DNA of 64,000 bases, from positions 54,870,001 to 54,934,000 of the forward strand of contig OX597828.1 of the NCBI GenBank assembly GCA_951406725.2, written 5' to 3'. Under the pieces are notes generated by a model. The model saw only the letters and a list, made by a program, of their open reading frames with translations. It did not search any database and had not been told where the DNA came from. Both the position numbers and the translations under genes were made by a program. Position 1 is the first letter of the stretch, and the number at the start of each line of letters is the position of its first letter. Below are positions 1 to 15,376 of this stretch, one piece after another. Source of the stretch: Octopus vulgaris. Its lineage: Eukaryota.

Positions 1-59
1 CCTCTGATTTTGTTGCTTGTTTCTAACAAAGATACAAAGCTCCATCGTTGGAATGCAGA

Positions 60-1640
60 TAAGAACGATTTCACACTTTGAGCTTGAGAAAGAAGAGTCT
101 TGCATACTTTTACTGTTGCGTTTACAAGCATTTCTAGATTGTCACTTAGACATTTATTTAAAAGCACCAACTATTAGTGATATTAATGTATAATCTGGTT
201 ATAGAAGTTGGACGTTTCGAAAGAGCTGTCCATAATTCTCCTCTTTCTCTTTGATTTTTGAAGAAATATTCGTATCAGCAGGGCAGCTGACTTCTATGAC
301 GGTTCACACTTTTTCTCTGACCCAAACAACAATACCCGGGCTGTTGTGTTTACACCTGACAGATGTATTGATGGAAACGTTCCCACCAGCATTCCTTGTG
401 TTGATGTTTGTGTATGTATCCGACGAAAGAGGGATTCTCTTTATGACATCTTTTTTTTTTTTCGAATAACATTGGTGTTTCTGAGACATTGCGTATTGTT
501 TCTAAGACAACGTTGTGTCGCACAGGGAGATAGTTTCTTGACGACATTTTGGGGCAGCTGCTAATCTCGTGTGATGTCTCCAACAGAAATATGATATTAT
601 TGATATTTTCGGTTGCACCTTGGAGCTCTAAGGGCTTCACTGTTCTATGTTTTATTACGCATTTCGTGGCCATCTCCTATTCTTGGATTGCAAATACATA
701 ACCTTCGTAGTGTGGTGTGACGTAGTGGTCACAAGTCCAAGAAAAGCTGCACTTTTGATAATTCTGTCTTCTTCAAGTCTTCAGGAAACATACCCATAGT
801 CGTTTGTTCATATGTTGAATATTTCACATCCAGGTCTTCTTTGAGGTATGTTAGTCAGGTTGTTTTGGGGATGTATAGGTCATCACGAAGAGGGTGCTTC
901 CCAAGAAGATCACTGTTGATACTTCAGTTTTTCTTTTTTTTTTTTTTTTGCTTTTCAGCATTATATTTTTGCTGCTATTGTTTACCAGATGCTTTATGAG
1001 AGAGACTATACGACATTCGAAGGCTGTTTGCGCTAATCTCAAGGCTCTGCCCTCATCATCTCTTCTTAGCTGGAGCCTCTCAATATCACAATTTCTATGA
1101 ACATTTCCTGTTCATGTCAGTATTTTGCAGATTTTAATGTCTATGGAATGAATTTCCTCTATAGACCAGTCAATTATAATTCTCGAATGTTGGTATCAGC
1201 ACGGGTACTGCAAATGCATTGTGGGATATTGTCTTGTTATGATAGCGAGGTTTTTCGTTCAGCATCCCGAGTTCATGCTTTAGAATACTTAGCTTTCTCT
1301 AAAGAAGTTTGGCATGAAGAGTCACCAAAGAGCTTTGCTACATTTTGCATAAGATGTAATTGATATGGTGTAATCTCATTATTTTCTTGACATTTTATTA
1401 TCGTGGCTAACTATCCAATATGTGTCTTCTTCCAGTTTTATTTTCAATCAAAGTTGCCTCCGTTTAGTAATTTCATTACCATGTATACTGCAGATTTCTA
1501 CTAGATGTTCTTTAAGTGTAATAGTAACTGTGTATATGAGGGCGTTGATATTCTAGTAATTAACATCACATAGTTCAATGTGTTCTCCAGCAATACCGTC
1601 GATAACTTTCAATATTAGCGCAGTTAGATTTTATCTTAAT
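60..1640 (-). mobile_element. Decayed RLE-endonuclease LINE (R4/Dong-like) fragment
   Basis: Minus-strand frameshifted peptides H.ISSCPKMSSRNYLPVRHNVV (CCHC knuckle remnant), WW.NVSINTSVRCKHNSPGIVVW and IEVSCPAD (restriction-like endonuclease region). Confidence 0.75.
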
Positions 1641-1869
1641 CTTGTTGAGTACGGCCTCTGGCTTAAAAGAGAAGTTTACAAAGAGCAGAAAAGACATTTT
1701 TTTTTTTACGTACTGTGCTTTGAAAATGTTCTTAATTTGAATGTATTCCACAGTCGTCTCTGTGGAATTGGATGTGGAAATATATGAGAGCTTAGTGATG
1801 ACGGCAGTGGTTTGCTTGCATCATCTTCGAATTATGTATGTATGTATGTGTGTATGTCAGTATGTTTTT

Positions 1870-2262
1870 TTGTCTTTTACTTGCCTCAGTCAGTTGAGCA
1901 CTGCCTTGAAAAATTGTAGATGTACGGATCGATCCAAGTACCTATTTCTTTTAAAACCTGACTACTAATTCTAACCGCACTTTTAGCCAAACCGCTAAGC
2001 TACGGGGACGCAAACAAACTAACATCGGTTGTCAAGCAGTGGTGGGGGACAAATACAGATACAAACACACACAAACATATATAACACACATGCACACACA
2101 CGATGCGCTTCTTTCAGTTTCCATCAACCAAATCCACTCATATGGGATTGGTTGGTTTAAGGCCATAATAGAAGACACTTGCCTAAGATGTCACGCAGCA
2201 GGACTGAACCCGGAACCATGTGATTGGGGAGGAATCTCTTTACCATACAGCCTCACCTGCGT
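1870..2262 (-). mobile_element. tRNA-derived SINE family A copy
   Basis: Reverse-strand match to the copies at 6605 and 13527. Confidence 0.8.
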
Positions 2263-2264
2263 CT

Positions 2265-2631
2265 TTGTATGTATATATGTATGAATGCATGCATGTATGT
2301 GTGTGTATGTATGTATGTATGTATGTATGTATGTATGTATGTGTGTATGTATGTATGTATGTATGTATGCATGTATGTATGTATGTATGTATGCATGTGT
2401 GTGTATGTATGAATGTATGTATGTATGTACGTATGTATGTATGTATGTACGTACGTAAGTATGTATGTATGTATGTATGTATGTATGTATGTATGTATGT
2501 ATGTATGCATGCATGTATGTATGTATGTATGTATGTTTGTATGTATGCATGTATGTATGTGTGTATGTATGAATGTATGTATGTATGTATGTATGTATGT
2601 ATGTATGTATGTATGTATGTGTGTGTGTATG

Positions 2632-2663
<32 letters not shown>

Positions 2664-2760
2664 TGTATGTATATGTATGTATGTATGTGCATGTATGTAG
2701 GCATGTATGTATGTATGTATGTATGTATGCATGCATGCAGGTAGATAGTTAGGTATGTAT
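2265..2760. repeat. (ATGT)n microsatellite
   Basis: About 500 bp of imperfect TATG repeat. Confidence 0.97.
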
Positions 2761-3520
2761 AAGATATATGTCATAAATTGGAAGAAAGTGTTCAATTTAC
2801 ATATTTTGAAATCGCTAAGATTCCTTCTGCTGCAACTCAGAACTTTCCACGATATTTGATCACTCTGGTGATATATCCAACCTGCTTGTTTTTTCTTTTA
2901 AATAATAGCGCATTATTTGTAGGAGATTTAACTGCTATTTCAAGCAAGATTATCATTTAGCTGACCTTTGGGTGTGACAGGTTGTACATGTGATAACGAC
3001 TGCGATTGAGTTGTTTCCGTTAACATTAATCAGATGATTGCATATTGATGGTAAAAAGATAGCTTTTATATTTCCCTCTTTATATTTGTCAGAGTCTGAG
3101 ATTTAACAGGAGATATTGCTTTTTAATTGACTTTCTGTCTACGTTTGTTGAAAAAAACCTGTTTGATGCCTCGTGTTGAAGATGCATCGTCAACTGCCAT
3201 CGAAATTTCGTACATGTTTCGCCAGTCTTTTTTATGATACGACATATGCAAATTCTGTTGCTACACTTCCATTGATGTTTTTGTTGTTGTTATTGTCTAA
3301 ATCCTGATCAACCACTTGTTAGATATATCTATTAGTCAACGTATTCTAACCATGTCCATACGCTCTTCCTGGTATCATCTGTCTTACTTACGAGAGTAGG
3401 AATTTAATTTTAGAGATACATTGCAGCTCGGCAACGTTTACTTTGCTACACACCATCACATTAGATATTAAGCAGCAAAATAGGGAGTGGGAGACAGAAA
3501 GAGAAAGAGAGAGAGAGAGT

Positions 3521-3566
<46 letters not shown>

Positions 3567-3891
3567 CTGGGTAATTTGCTTTCTTTGTGAAATTTGCTGT
3601 AAGAATGACTGAAGCAATCTATATTGTTCTTTCTCTTGAATGTTAAGTGTTAATTACGTGTCCATGGCTTTTACTGTTTCACATATTTCCTATTACTTTC
3701 TATGTGACGCTCTACTTTCCACTTATTTTACTATTCAACGAAATCTAAATGTATAAAACTAAATGTAATTTATGCCTGCAGCCTTCATTTTTAATTATCA
3801 TCCTTAAAAATTCTTTCATCGGATTTATAATGAGTATTCAATTAATTTTTGCGGTTACTTACAGACTCAGTATGTGCGTGTGTGAATGTGT

Positions 3892-3933
<42 letters not shown>

Positions 3934-4755
3934 TTTAGTGTAGAGAAGAGTATTTATTTCCAAGATGAATTCATTGATAGTAACGTCTCCAGTTTGTATA
4001 GCATTTATTGGTTATATTCTTTTTGCTGCTTATTCCTTTTGTACGAACGTGTAACATCAACTTTCCTTTCAGAGCAGATCAATAATCGAACATACATAAA
4101 ATGTATTCCTCAGAGCCGACACTAACCAACTGGTATATTATAGATGACGTTCGCTCTGCGCTATGGAAGAGCGCACGGCTAAGTTCCACGCGAGAGGCTG
4201 ACGTTCTAATCTGTGTGGAGACAATTTTATTGCTTCCCAGTCAACATTGTGGAACCTTTCAATTAAACAACATTTCCCTAAACCATGTTGCCCCTTGAAA
4301 TGTTTAGCCTTTCATTCGTTTTTAAAACTTATCAGAATGAATTAGGGAAACTCCTGTGATATTTTAGAGGATTTTTATGACTGCTAGGAACCTACCCCAA
4401 ATGCTGAAAATAGCCCATAGCCAGGTGGGGATTTTAAATCAGGCTGTGGATTAAATTTATAAATCGAATGATAAATTTACTGACGTGAAAAGAATTAAGT
4501 GACCTGACCCCGACTCACAACCAGACATTAGCAGCAATACAATATGAACTTAAGACTTCTGAACTCGCCTGTATTCTATCTACTCAACCTTTTAACCTCG
4601 AATCTATTTTTTCGTTCTTTTTTGGTTTCTTTACTGGGTAGTGGATGAAATTCCTTTTGGACTTAGAAGAACATTTTGATAAATGAAACTTCAATAACGA
4701 CTCTCAATCAATTTCTCTCTCTAACTCTCTATCTCTCTTTCTCTTCTCTTTATTC

Positions 4756-4791
<36 letters not shown>

Positions 4792-5545
4792 ACACTCCTA
4801 TTTATTAACGAGTAGAGTATTTTGCTATTACCCAAAGGGGGGAAATATCTCTATAGCAATTTTTAGAAATAACACTAATTAATGGAGATTCTCTCTCCGT
4901 TTTCTGGAATTAACGGCTTTTAGCTAAGATGTGTTATTTTTCTATTGAGTTATCAACATTTTTTCAAAGCCTACTCGATGTTTAAAGATTTCCACAGGGA
5001 AATATTAATAATGCAAATAAAGCTTTCAAGAAAATATGTTCCGATGGACCCAGAGTTTCCAATCTATCACCAGCTATTTCAACTTTCTTTTTTGTCTTTA
5101 ATTCTCTCTCTTCCATTCTGTTTTACTTTCTGTCTTTTCTCTCACACTGTCTATCTCTTTAATTTCTTTTCTGCTCTCTGTCTTTCTCATTCTCTCTCTC
5201 TCTCTTTCATTCTCTATCTCTCATTCTTTGTCCCTCATTCTGCCTCGCTTTCATTCTCTGTCTCTCACCCATTCTCTCTTTCTCCTATTCCTAATGTAAA
5301 CATAGAAATTTCTAATCAATAACGTGAAAAAGCTTAGGAGGAGAAGTTAAAAAACAATTCGAAAGTCCTTCCTTGTTTTCGTTCTGCTGGTGTTACGATT
5401 CCCTTTATTAGTTTCCTGCTGTTTAACGTTTACTTGGAATTAATATTCCACCTAAATCTCAGATTTGAACTCCCCTTCTTCTCATCTTCTCACCAGTTGC
5501 AAGACCCTAAAGGAAAGCTGCCCTTAATTCTTTGACTGTATGATT

Positions 5546-5927
5546 TCTCTCTATATAAACGGCAGTTTGTCTGTCTGTGTGTCTGTGTGTCTGTTTGCTT
5601 GTACCCTCACCCTGACCACGGCTTTCAACCGATTCTGATGAAACTTGATACACACATAGCCCAATGTCATAATTCAAAACTAACGCAGCGAAAATTTTGA
5701 AAAGTTCCCCCAGTTCTGAAAAAAATCGATAAATTCGACATGAGGTCGAGAATCAGAAACACAAACCACAGACTGTCTAGGGGACGCAACTCGACCTTTT
5801 TAACTCTCAAAAAACATTTACCATCATTTTTTTTCCATTTTTTTGCTATTTTTTGGCTATAACTCTCTAAAAATGCTTTATAGTTATTTCCCTTACAAAC
5901 CCGAGCAACGCCGGGCGATACTGCTAG
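5546..5927 (+). mobile_element. Non-autonomous Helitron
   Basis: 5' TC..TATATAAA and (GTCT)n, 3' hairpin CCCGAGCAACGCCGGG then CTAG|T. The 3' end is shared with 61680-61764. Confidence 0.8.
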
Positions 5928-6009
5928 TTAAAAATAAAGCTTAAATAATCTAACACGTGACAGTTATCAATGTTGTTGTTGTTGATGATGATATTGTTTT
6001 AGCCACGAA

Positions 6010-6222
6010 AGGCGGCGAGCTGGCAGAAACGTTAGCGCGCCGGGCGAAGTGCTTAGCAGTATTTCGTCTGCCGTTACGCTCAGAGTTCAAATTCCGCCGA
6101 GGTCGACTTTGCCTTTCATCCTTTCGGGGTCAATAATTTAAGTACCAGTTGAGCACTGGGATAGATCTAATCGACTGGCCTCCACCCCCAAAATTTCGGG
6201 TCTTGTGCCTAGAGTAGAAAAG
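6010..6222 (+). mobile_element. SINE family B with Nin/Deu-like core and ~18-bp TSD
   Basis: Head GGCGGCGAGCTGGCAGAA..GAGTTCAAATTCC and core CCGAGGTCGACTTTGCCTTTCATCC. GATATTGTTT(T)AGCCACGA flanks both sides. Confidence 0.85.
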
Positions 6223-6410
6223 ATATTGTTTAGCCACGAGACAATCTTGATCGAGAAAATTTATGATAAAAAAGAATTCCAAAATAGCAGTAACGCCGGT
6301 TCCTATGGAACAGCCATGTTTAAGTGGTGATAAGCATTACTTCTCAGTATAGTTACTGTTTGTGTCGAACTCAGTTATTGTATCGGAATTTCGAACAAAG
6401 GTCGACACAA

Positions 6411-6456
6411 GATACCTGAAGAAGGCTGGAGCGTACAACAGCCGAAACGTAGTGAA
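6411..6456 (+). ncRNA. Minimal type I hammerhead ribozyme-like motif (Penelope-like element remnant)
   Basis: CTGAAGA-a-GGCTG..CAGCC-GAAAC-GTA. Stem I is weak. Related to the 47527 copy. Confidence 0.6.
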
Positions 6457-6604
6457 AACTACAAACAAAATGAGGACACCAGTCCGACAAAATATATATA
6501 ATATAAATTCCTCATCTCAGAAATATAGAATTGTATAGATTATTAGTTCACACTCTGTGTATAGACAAAAATAAACGACTTGTGAGTATATAGAATATTT
6601 TCGT

Positions 6605-6758
6605 ACGCGCAGGAGGGCTGTGTGGTAAGTAGCTTGCTTACCAACCACATGGGTCCGGCGTGGCACTTTGGGCAAGTGTCTTCTACTATAGCCTTGCGTC
6701 GACCAAGCCTTGAATGGATTTGGTAGATGGAAACTGAAAGAAACCCGTCGTATGTATG

Positions 6759-6830
<72 letters not shown>

Positions 6831-7040
6831 TGTGTCTGTGTTTGTCCCTCCCCCAACATTGCTTGACAACCGATGCTGGTGTGTTTACGTCCCCGTAACT
6901 TAGCGATTCGGCAAAAGGGATTCGATAGAATAAGTACTAAGCTTACAAAGAATAAGTCTTGGGGTCGATTTGCTCGACTAAAGGCGGTGCTCCAGCATGG
7001 CCGCAGTCAAATGACTGAAACAAGTAAAAGAGTAAAAGAG
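6605..7040 (+). mobile_element. tRNA-derived SINE family A, near full length
   Basis: Head GCGCAGGAGGGCTGTGTGGTAAG, internal (TA)/(TG) tract, tail GAAACAAGTAAAAGAGTAAAAGAG. More than 10 copies in the window. Confidence 0.9.
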
Positions 7041-7419
7041 TATCAGGAAAGAAGAGCTCAGTCGGACTAATTTCAATTGATCCATTTTCTAAAAGTGAGA
7101 ATGGTTTCCAACAGAACCGTAACTTAGAAAAGAAAAACAACAGTTTGTGTGTTTGTGTATTTCTCTCTTTATATAAGTGAAGATATCTGGTGCCCGCTTC
7201 ATGGACCAACAGTGGAATGGTTCTGCAGCCGTCGATGAGGTTCAAGCACAGAGCACGGAGAAACAGACTAAACCAAAAACCGTAACAGTTATCAACTACG
7301 ATACTCTACCGTTACTCAGTTGTCTTGCATTGTTGATGATGATGATGATGATGATAATGTATAGTAGCAAATCGATACTTACAGAATCATGCCAACTCCT
7401 AAGGGCAGCTCGATACTTA

Positions 7420-7620
7420 TAGCACCATACGGACTCATAGGGGCCGGTTTCCCGGTTTCATGGTGTTTATATTCCCCATATTTTTGCCAGCTAAATGGAC
7501 CGGCGCAACGCGAAATGAAGTGTTTTACTCAAGAACACTACACATCGCTCGGTCCAGGAATCGAAACCACAATCTTACAATCATGAATCCAACACCCTAA
7601 CCACTAATCCATGCGCCTCT
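7420..7620 (-). mobile_element. tRNA-derived SINE family D copy
   Basis: Reverse match to 17230 and 48080 (TAGTGGTTAG..GGTTTCGATTCC..CACTTCATTTC). Confidence 0.7.
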
Positions 7621-8099
7621 ACTACTTCCAGTGTAGACTTATTGTCATAAGCTTTCCAGCCGAGGCCACCACATCTGCTCGTTGTTTTCATACATAGTGT
7701 ATCAGATGTATATTTCAGTTTTTTTTTTGGTGGGGGGTGCTCTTTTTATTAAAACAGTAGGATGACATTTGAGAAAGACGAAGCTGCCAGTTCTATCAGG
7801 TTGGGTGAGTAACTTCATTGAAAGTATTTCTATTACACATTTTATTAATTAAAATTTCAATGTGATACAATGCACAGCCTTGTGAGCATCAACTGCCTCG
7901 GAACTTATGCGCATTAAGTGTCCACTATGTTATTCAACTTATTCAACATTTTAACATCTGCGCCTACTCAGTAACGTCACATTAAAAATGCAGTATAAAT
8001 GATACGATATAAAATAATACGAATTTTAAGTGTTTAAATCAGATATTAATAAATGAAAGAATGGTTATAAAAATAACTGTATACTTGAGATACACAAAC

Positions 8100-8443
<344 letters not shown>

Positions 8444-9109
8444 AAAGAGAAACTGTGGAATAAAAACTAGAGATATAGCTACATTCTGCCCTCAATGCCT
8501 GTGTGTGTGTGTCTGTGTCTGTGAATAATATTTTTATATCATTAAATATGTGTATGTGTCCTGGCATGAATAAGAGAGAGAGTGTGTGTGTGCGTGTGTG
8601 TGTGTGCGCGCATGCGTGCGTGCGTTCGTGTATTGCTGTTAAAAGCGAAAAGCAAGCATTTGAAAAGCCGAAAAATATAAAACTAATTTAGGAGAGGACG
8701 TTGGAGAAAGAAATTCTTTGGTGCAATAAAAGATGTCTGAGTAAACGTGTTTGAGTATTGTTCGAAGGTTTTTCGTTGCAATTAAATGAGAATGCTGGAA
8801 ATATTCTTTTTGTAATTGTCTGCGATAGAATGATTGTAACATTGCCTTAGAAATACAGCCAGTATTTTATGTTGTCGTTCTTACCAATTCCCCAGATCCC
8901 CATCATTACATTCAAACCATTGTTAACTGTTTCTAACAAAAAAAAAAAATAATAAAATTTGAAAACTACATAAATAATAAAAAAATAAATAAATGCACAA
9001 AAATAAACAAATGCAACTAAATAAATAGCAAACAAACAATTACAATAACTATAGCAAATACTAACAATAGCAGTTTGTTGCTATGGGAAATATTTAGAGA
9101 ATACTACTA

Positions 9110-9111
9110 TC

Positions 9112-9150
<39 letters not shown>

Positions 9151-9159
9151 GTAATAATG

Positions 9160-9193
<34 letters not shown>

Positions 9194-9195
9194 TG

Positions 9196-9256
<61 letters not shown>

Positions 9257-9270
9257 TAATAATAATAATA

Positions 9271-9363
<93 letters not shown>

Positions 9364-9365
9364 AG
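9110..9365. repeat. (AAT)n/(GAT)n compound microsatellite
   Basis: Direct reading. Confidence 0.97.
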
Positions 9366-9456
9366 ATAGATAATAGATAATATACAGTGCAATAACTCTA
9401 TAAAGTGTAAACATAAAGTGCTTGGTTGTTTGATTCCCTTAATATATGCAACAGAG

Positions 9457-9497
<41 letters not shown>

Positions 9498-9555
9498 ATC
9501 ACGCACACACATACACACATGTAGGTGTTTTATTGTTGTTTTGTTGTTGCATTTA

Positions 9556-9592
<37 letters not shown>

Positions 9593-10233
9593 TGTACCAA
9601 TCAAACAAATACACATAGCATCTACCCATACAGAACAAAACACACGACTCCATCAACAATGTTGGGACACTGTACGAGTGAGTCGTCTCTCTCTCTCTCT
9701 CTCTCTTCTTCATCTGTCTCCGGTTGAAGGCCCATCCATTAGCATTTCCATCCAGAAACACTTTCAGTCCAGGGATTTATGAAGTAAACTGTAAGAATAT
9801 ACTTATCTGCCCTTCCTCGGTGTATCATTACTCATTCAAGACCCAAATCTCTATAGAATGCTTAGTGTGAATCCACCGACACATTTGCCCGACAACACTC
9901 CTAATACTTCTCTTACCACCAATCCTCACATCACCAAGACGGCAATTCCACCAAAAGAGACTAGTTGCAGAAGTGCGTTCTTCGCAGATATTTACAGCTC
10001 AATGCTTCAGTACTTGTCTTTGTGATATCAGTGATGGTAACCCGAGTAAATCATCAATGAATTTTTACAGCCGTCGAACGCGTTCTTTCCTCCAGAAACA
10101 AACGAGCAGACGTCCCAATCTAATTAAAACTGTTGTGGACCAAATAATGATTTCACAGCAATATGTTACGAAGGTGGTGTACGTATTCACTACCTCAACC
10201 GGATAGTTCAGGGATAATTTCCTCCGAACCACT

Positions 10234-10852
<619 letters not shown>

Positions 10853-10934
10853 AAGAAGAAGAAGAAGAAGAAGAAGAAGAAGAAGAAGAAGAAGAAGAAA
10901 AAGAAGAAGAAGAAAAAGAAGAAGAAGAAGAAGA

Positions 10935-11260
10935 ATGAAAGGTTAGCTTGAGAAGTTAAGCAGTTGTGGTCGATAAAAAAGGTGGTAGTAGTACCAATAA
11001 TTGTCGGAGCCCTGGGAACAGAGAGCAAAAGTCTCAAAAGTACGTGGAACAAATAGGGGCTGCAATAAGGGTGGAGCACTTGCAGAAAAGAGCACTGCTT
11101 GGAACTGCTCGAATACTCCGGAAGGTGCTCGAAAAATAAGAGGTGTTACCTTAGTTCACTGGTAGTGAACAACTGACACTGTAGTACATCTCCAGCGTTA
11201 GAAGCTGTGCAAAGGCAATAATAATAATAATAATAATGATAATAATAATAATAATAATAA
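10935..11260 (+). mobile_element. R4/Dong-like LINE 3' end
   Basis: EVKQLWSIKKVVVVPIIVGALG..LQKRALLGTARILRKVLEK* followed by a short UTR and (TAA)n. Confidence 0.85.
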
Positions 11261-11408
11261 TAATGATGATGATGATGATGATGATGATAATAAAGTGATT
11301 ATTACCGAAATATTTCGACAAGTATCTGCTGGTAGAGTGGAGATAAAATACTTGTACGATTATGCAACAAAACGTGTTTGCCCTATCACATCTCTCCTGT
11401 TTACACTT

Positions 11409-11645
11409 GTATGTATGTATGTATGTATGTATGTATGTATGTATGTATGTATGTATGTATGTATGTATGCATGTATGTATGTATGCATGTATGTATGTAT
11501 GTATGCATGTATGTATGCATGTATGTATATATGCATGTATGTATATATGTATGCATGTACGTATGTATGCATGTATGTATGCATGTATGTATGTATGTAT
11601 GTATATATGTATGTATGTATGTATGCATGTATGTATGTATGCATG

Positions 11646-11677
<32 letters not shown>

Positions 11678-11735
11678 CATGTATGTATGTATATATGCAT
11701 GTATGTATGTATGAATGTATGTATGTATGTATACG
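11409..11735. repeat. (ATGT)n microsatellite
   Basis: Direct reading. Confidence 0.97.
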
Positions 11736-11940
11736 CGTACACGCACACACACACTCACATACACACAAACTCACACACACGCATATATATAAGGAATATA
11801 TTATATGTTAAAAGCTGCAAACACAGACACAAATATGCAGATATTTGTAGATATTTGTAGATAGGCAGAAATGTGTGGAATGCAAGTGTGTGTATTTGTA
11901 TGTATTTGTGTGTGCATGTTTTTGTATGCGTGCACTCGTA

Positions 11941-12007
<67 letters not shown>

Positions 12008-13526
12008 ATGGTAAAAAATGAAGCTGATTTTCGTTTCCTTGATGTTGCTGAATGGATGTTTTAGTTTCTCAGCCTTGCTTTCCATGATCTCACAAATACT
12101 GTACACCTTAAAGCTTTCGTTGACACGAAGGGTAGGAAGCGCGCTAATATTGAACCCGGAACCTCATGTATGCCAACCAACCTCTTAACGAACGATACCT
12201 GTAGCAATATTGACATGGAAGTCAGTCAAAAACGTTATATCTAAAATTAGACGCTGCAATTTGACTTCTAGAGAAGACGAAGTACTGCAAAAGAAAAGAA
12301 GGAAGTTAAAACCAACAAGGATTAAACACAAAATGAACTCTTCCAGAATCGTACAAAACAGCGAACTGTTCTGGAATTGTACAAAATATAATGGATTTTT
12401 CCTGAATTGGATAAAACATAATGGACTTTTCTAGAATTGTGCAAAACACGAGCAAAAAAACCCCCCTCATTTACGATTCTTAGGTAAAATAATTTTTAAG
12501 GATACTAAATATAAAGTTAGAGTTTATATATGAAAAGCAAAGTTACTGTTCACTTTAATCTGTATAATATGTCAATAAATAGAGGACGATCTTGAATAAT
12601 GTCGTAGTCTCTTTGCTTTTTGATATAGACACGCACCTATATATGTGTGTATGTTTGTATATATGTATATATGTGCGTGTGTCCACATAAATGTGTGTGT
12701 GGAGTATGTCTGACTCTAGGATTGGTAAGAGATGGGTACATAACGAAGGGCAAAATATCGTAAAATCGATCAATTTTCTCTATTTACAAAGCTATTTACA
12801 AAGAACAAAGATCAATACTTTTGTAAATGTAAGCAAACAATGAAAGGGTTTAATAGAAAGACACTGGAGTGCAATTTTGGATTAAATTGTTTACAGTGTG
12901 AATGATGAAATGTAAAACGAATGAATGATATCGGCAAAAAAAAAAAATAACAGTGAAAAGGAAAAAACACACGGTCAGAAAGCTTGATAAGTTATTCGGT
13001 AAAAGATAAAAAAATACAAAAAGACCCGCAAAACAAACGAACATGAAGTCAATAGTTAGGATATAATAGGTTAGAAATTTCAAGTTGATACTTAAATCTG
13101 CCGCTTCGTAGTCGAAACTGTTTCGGATACAGCTCAAAGCATTTCATGATTTAGGCATCAAGGGAAAGCTAGCTCCAATGGGTCTCTGCGGGCTCTTCGA
13201 ATCTAGCGGGAAAAAGGTGGAAATGTTGACAGTTGCTGGTTTACTGAAACAGTAAGTGACGTACCAAAATATCGAAATATTTATCTTCACACTGGAGACA
13301 TGATTCAAGGGTTTGTTAAAGAAGTCACCCAAGGAGGACCAGATTGTAGTTTTAAATAGGTCGACGGATTAATTCTACAAATTGACAGAGGGTCTCCTCT
13401 ATTTTAATCACAGGTCTTGAGTCAACCCCAGACTGGGGATGTAGACACTTGATCAAGGTGCTATGCAGTAGGATCGAATTAAGATTTATGCGATTGTGAA
13501 GCAAATTTCTTAAGCATGCATCTATA

Positions 13527-13917
13527 GGCGCAGGAGTGGCTGTGTGGTAAGTAGCTTGCTTGCCAACCACATGGTTCCGGGTTCTGTCCCACTGCGTGGC
13601 ACTTTGGCCAAGTGTCTTCTACTATAGCCTCGGGCCGACCAAAGCCTGGTGAGTGGATTTCGTAAACGGAAACTGAAAGAAGCCTGTCGTGTATATGTAT
13701 ATATATATACGTGCTTGTGTGTCTGTGTTTGTTCCCCCAACATCGCTTAACAACCGATGTTGGTGTGTTCATGTCCCCGTTACTTAGCGGTTCGGCAAAA
13801 GAGACCGATAGAATAAGTACTGGGCTTACAAAGAATAAGTCCCGGGGTCGAGTTGCTCGACTAAAGGCGGTGCTCCAGCATGGCCACAGTCAAATGACTG
13901 AAACAAGTAAAGAGTAA
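13527..13917 (+). mobile_element. SINE family A, full length
   Basis: GGCGCAGGAGTGGCTGTGTGG..GGTTCTGTCCC A/B boxes; matches the other copies. Confidence 0.9.
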
Positions 13918-14239
13918 CGAGTACCTGCACTTATGGTTTGTCGAATATCTTTATTGGACCGGCTCAAATATATTAATGCAGAAAGGCAAAGACTAAATGA
14001 ATGCAGTATTGGAAATTCTTGTTCCTAATTTGTGAGTTCAAATCCTCTGTACATGTTTCCTTGTATTCGCCATTCTACATTAACTTATTTGACCGAAATA
14101 AGTCCGTACCACATCAGTTGTCTATAAACAGCAATAAACAGGTGAACTGTCTGATCATTTGGTTAAGTCACCTGTGAAACATAAGTGTACTATCCACAGC
14201 ATTTGGCTACGTTACCGGCGATGTTCCGTTGTGTATATG

Positions 14240-14275
<36 letters not shown>

Positions 14276-14279
14276 TAAA

Positions 14280-14575
14280 GACTTCCTTTGGTCATGAATG
14301 ACTGTGGGATTGCACCTGGAAAGTTACCCTCCGAAGTACAAGTCCGGGCAAAGTCGTTTATGGAAGACCAGCTTTCACCCATGCATACCAGCCACCCGTT
14401 TAGACCGTAAAGGCCGAGGCAGTTTGGTACCAGTGAAATCGCATTACTACAGCTGAGTGAACTGGAGCAACGTGAAATAAAGTGTCTTGCTCAAGAACAC
14501 AACACACACCCCGATTTGGGAATCGAACTCACTATCTCATGACTGTGAGCCCGACGCTCTGACCACTGAGCCATA
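14280..14575 (-). mobile_element. SINE family D copy
   Basis: Reverse match to 17230-17550. Confidence 0.8.
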
Positions 14576-14859
14576 TATTCATTGCACATTGTATGGATTT
14601 ATATAACCCTGTGATAATCACAAAACGGCTCTTTTAGTGGGCCCGGTTACAAACCACATAGGAGACCGTAGGTGTGTAAAGCAGAGTCCTAGTGCAGTCA
14701 TGTAAATTAATTTATCATACACCTAATAAATCATTTTTGCATGATGTCGACTGTGAAACGGCCGTAACCCGATGGATATCAACTGGGGAAATAAATGTTT
14801 TCATCTCATACCTCCCGACTTTCTTTATATCCCTCCCCCTCTCTCCCTCTCTCTCTCTC

Positions 14860-14914
<55 letters not shown>

Positions 14915-14918
<4 letters not shown>

Positions 14919-15322
14919 GTACCACTTTAAAGGGCTTTTTAGTCACAGGAATCGAACCCAGGACGTATTCTTTGTAAGCCTAGTATTTATTCTGTCGGCC
15001 ACTTTCGCCGAACTGCTAAGTTACGAGGACGTAAACACACTAGCATTAGATGTCAAGCGATGGTGGGGGTGGGGGATAAGTACAGACACAAAGACACACT
15101 CACATAAATATATACATATATATGCATATATATACATATATATATATATATATACACGACGGGCTTCTTTCAGTTTCCGTCTCGCAAATCCACTCACAAG
15201 GCTTTGGTCGGTCCAAGGCTATAGTAGAAGACACTTGCTCAAGGTGCCACGCAGTGGGACTGAAACCGGAACCATGTGGTTGGGAAGCAAACTTCTTTAC
15301 CACACAATCACGCCTGCGCCTA
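14915..15322 (-). mobile_element. SINE family A copy
   Basis: Reverse match to 13527. Confidence 0.85.
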
Positions 15323-15333
15323 TATAAAGTGTC

Positions 15334-15376
<43 letters not shown>

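Noticed and set aside
2191-2795. Long ORFs (MYVC/HTYI repeats); similar ones at 8100, 9081, 11151, 19882, 21957, 23527, 30495, 35388 and 50525
   Set aside because: These are translations of stop-free microsatellites with no coding signal.
13527-13600. tRNA-like A/B boxes (also at 17230, 27950 and 39145)
   Set aside because: They are heads of multicopy SINEs that continue into core and tail sequence, with no intact cloverleaf.
14692-15327. 211-aa ORF
   Set aside because: Read-through of (TA)n and an antisense SINE.
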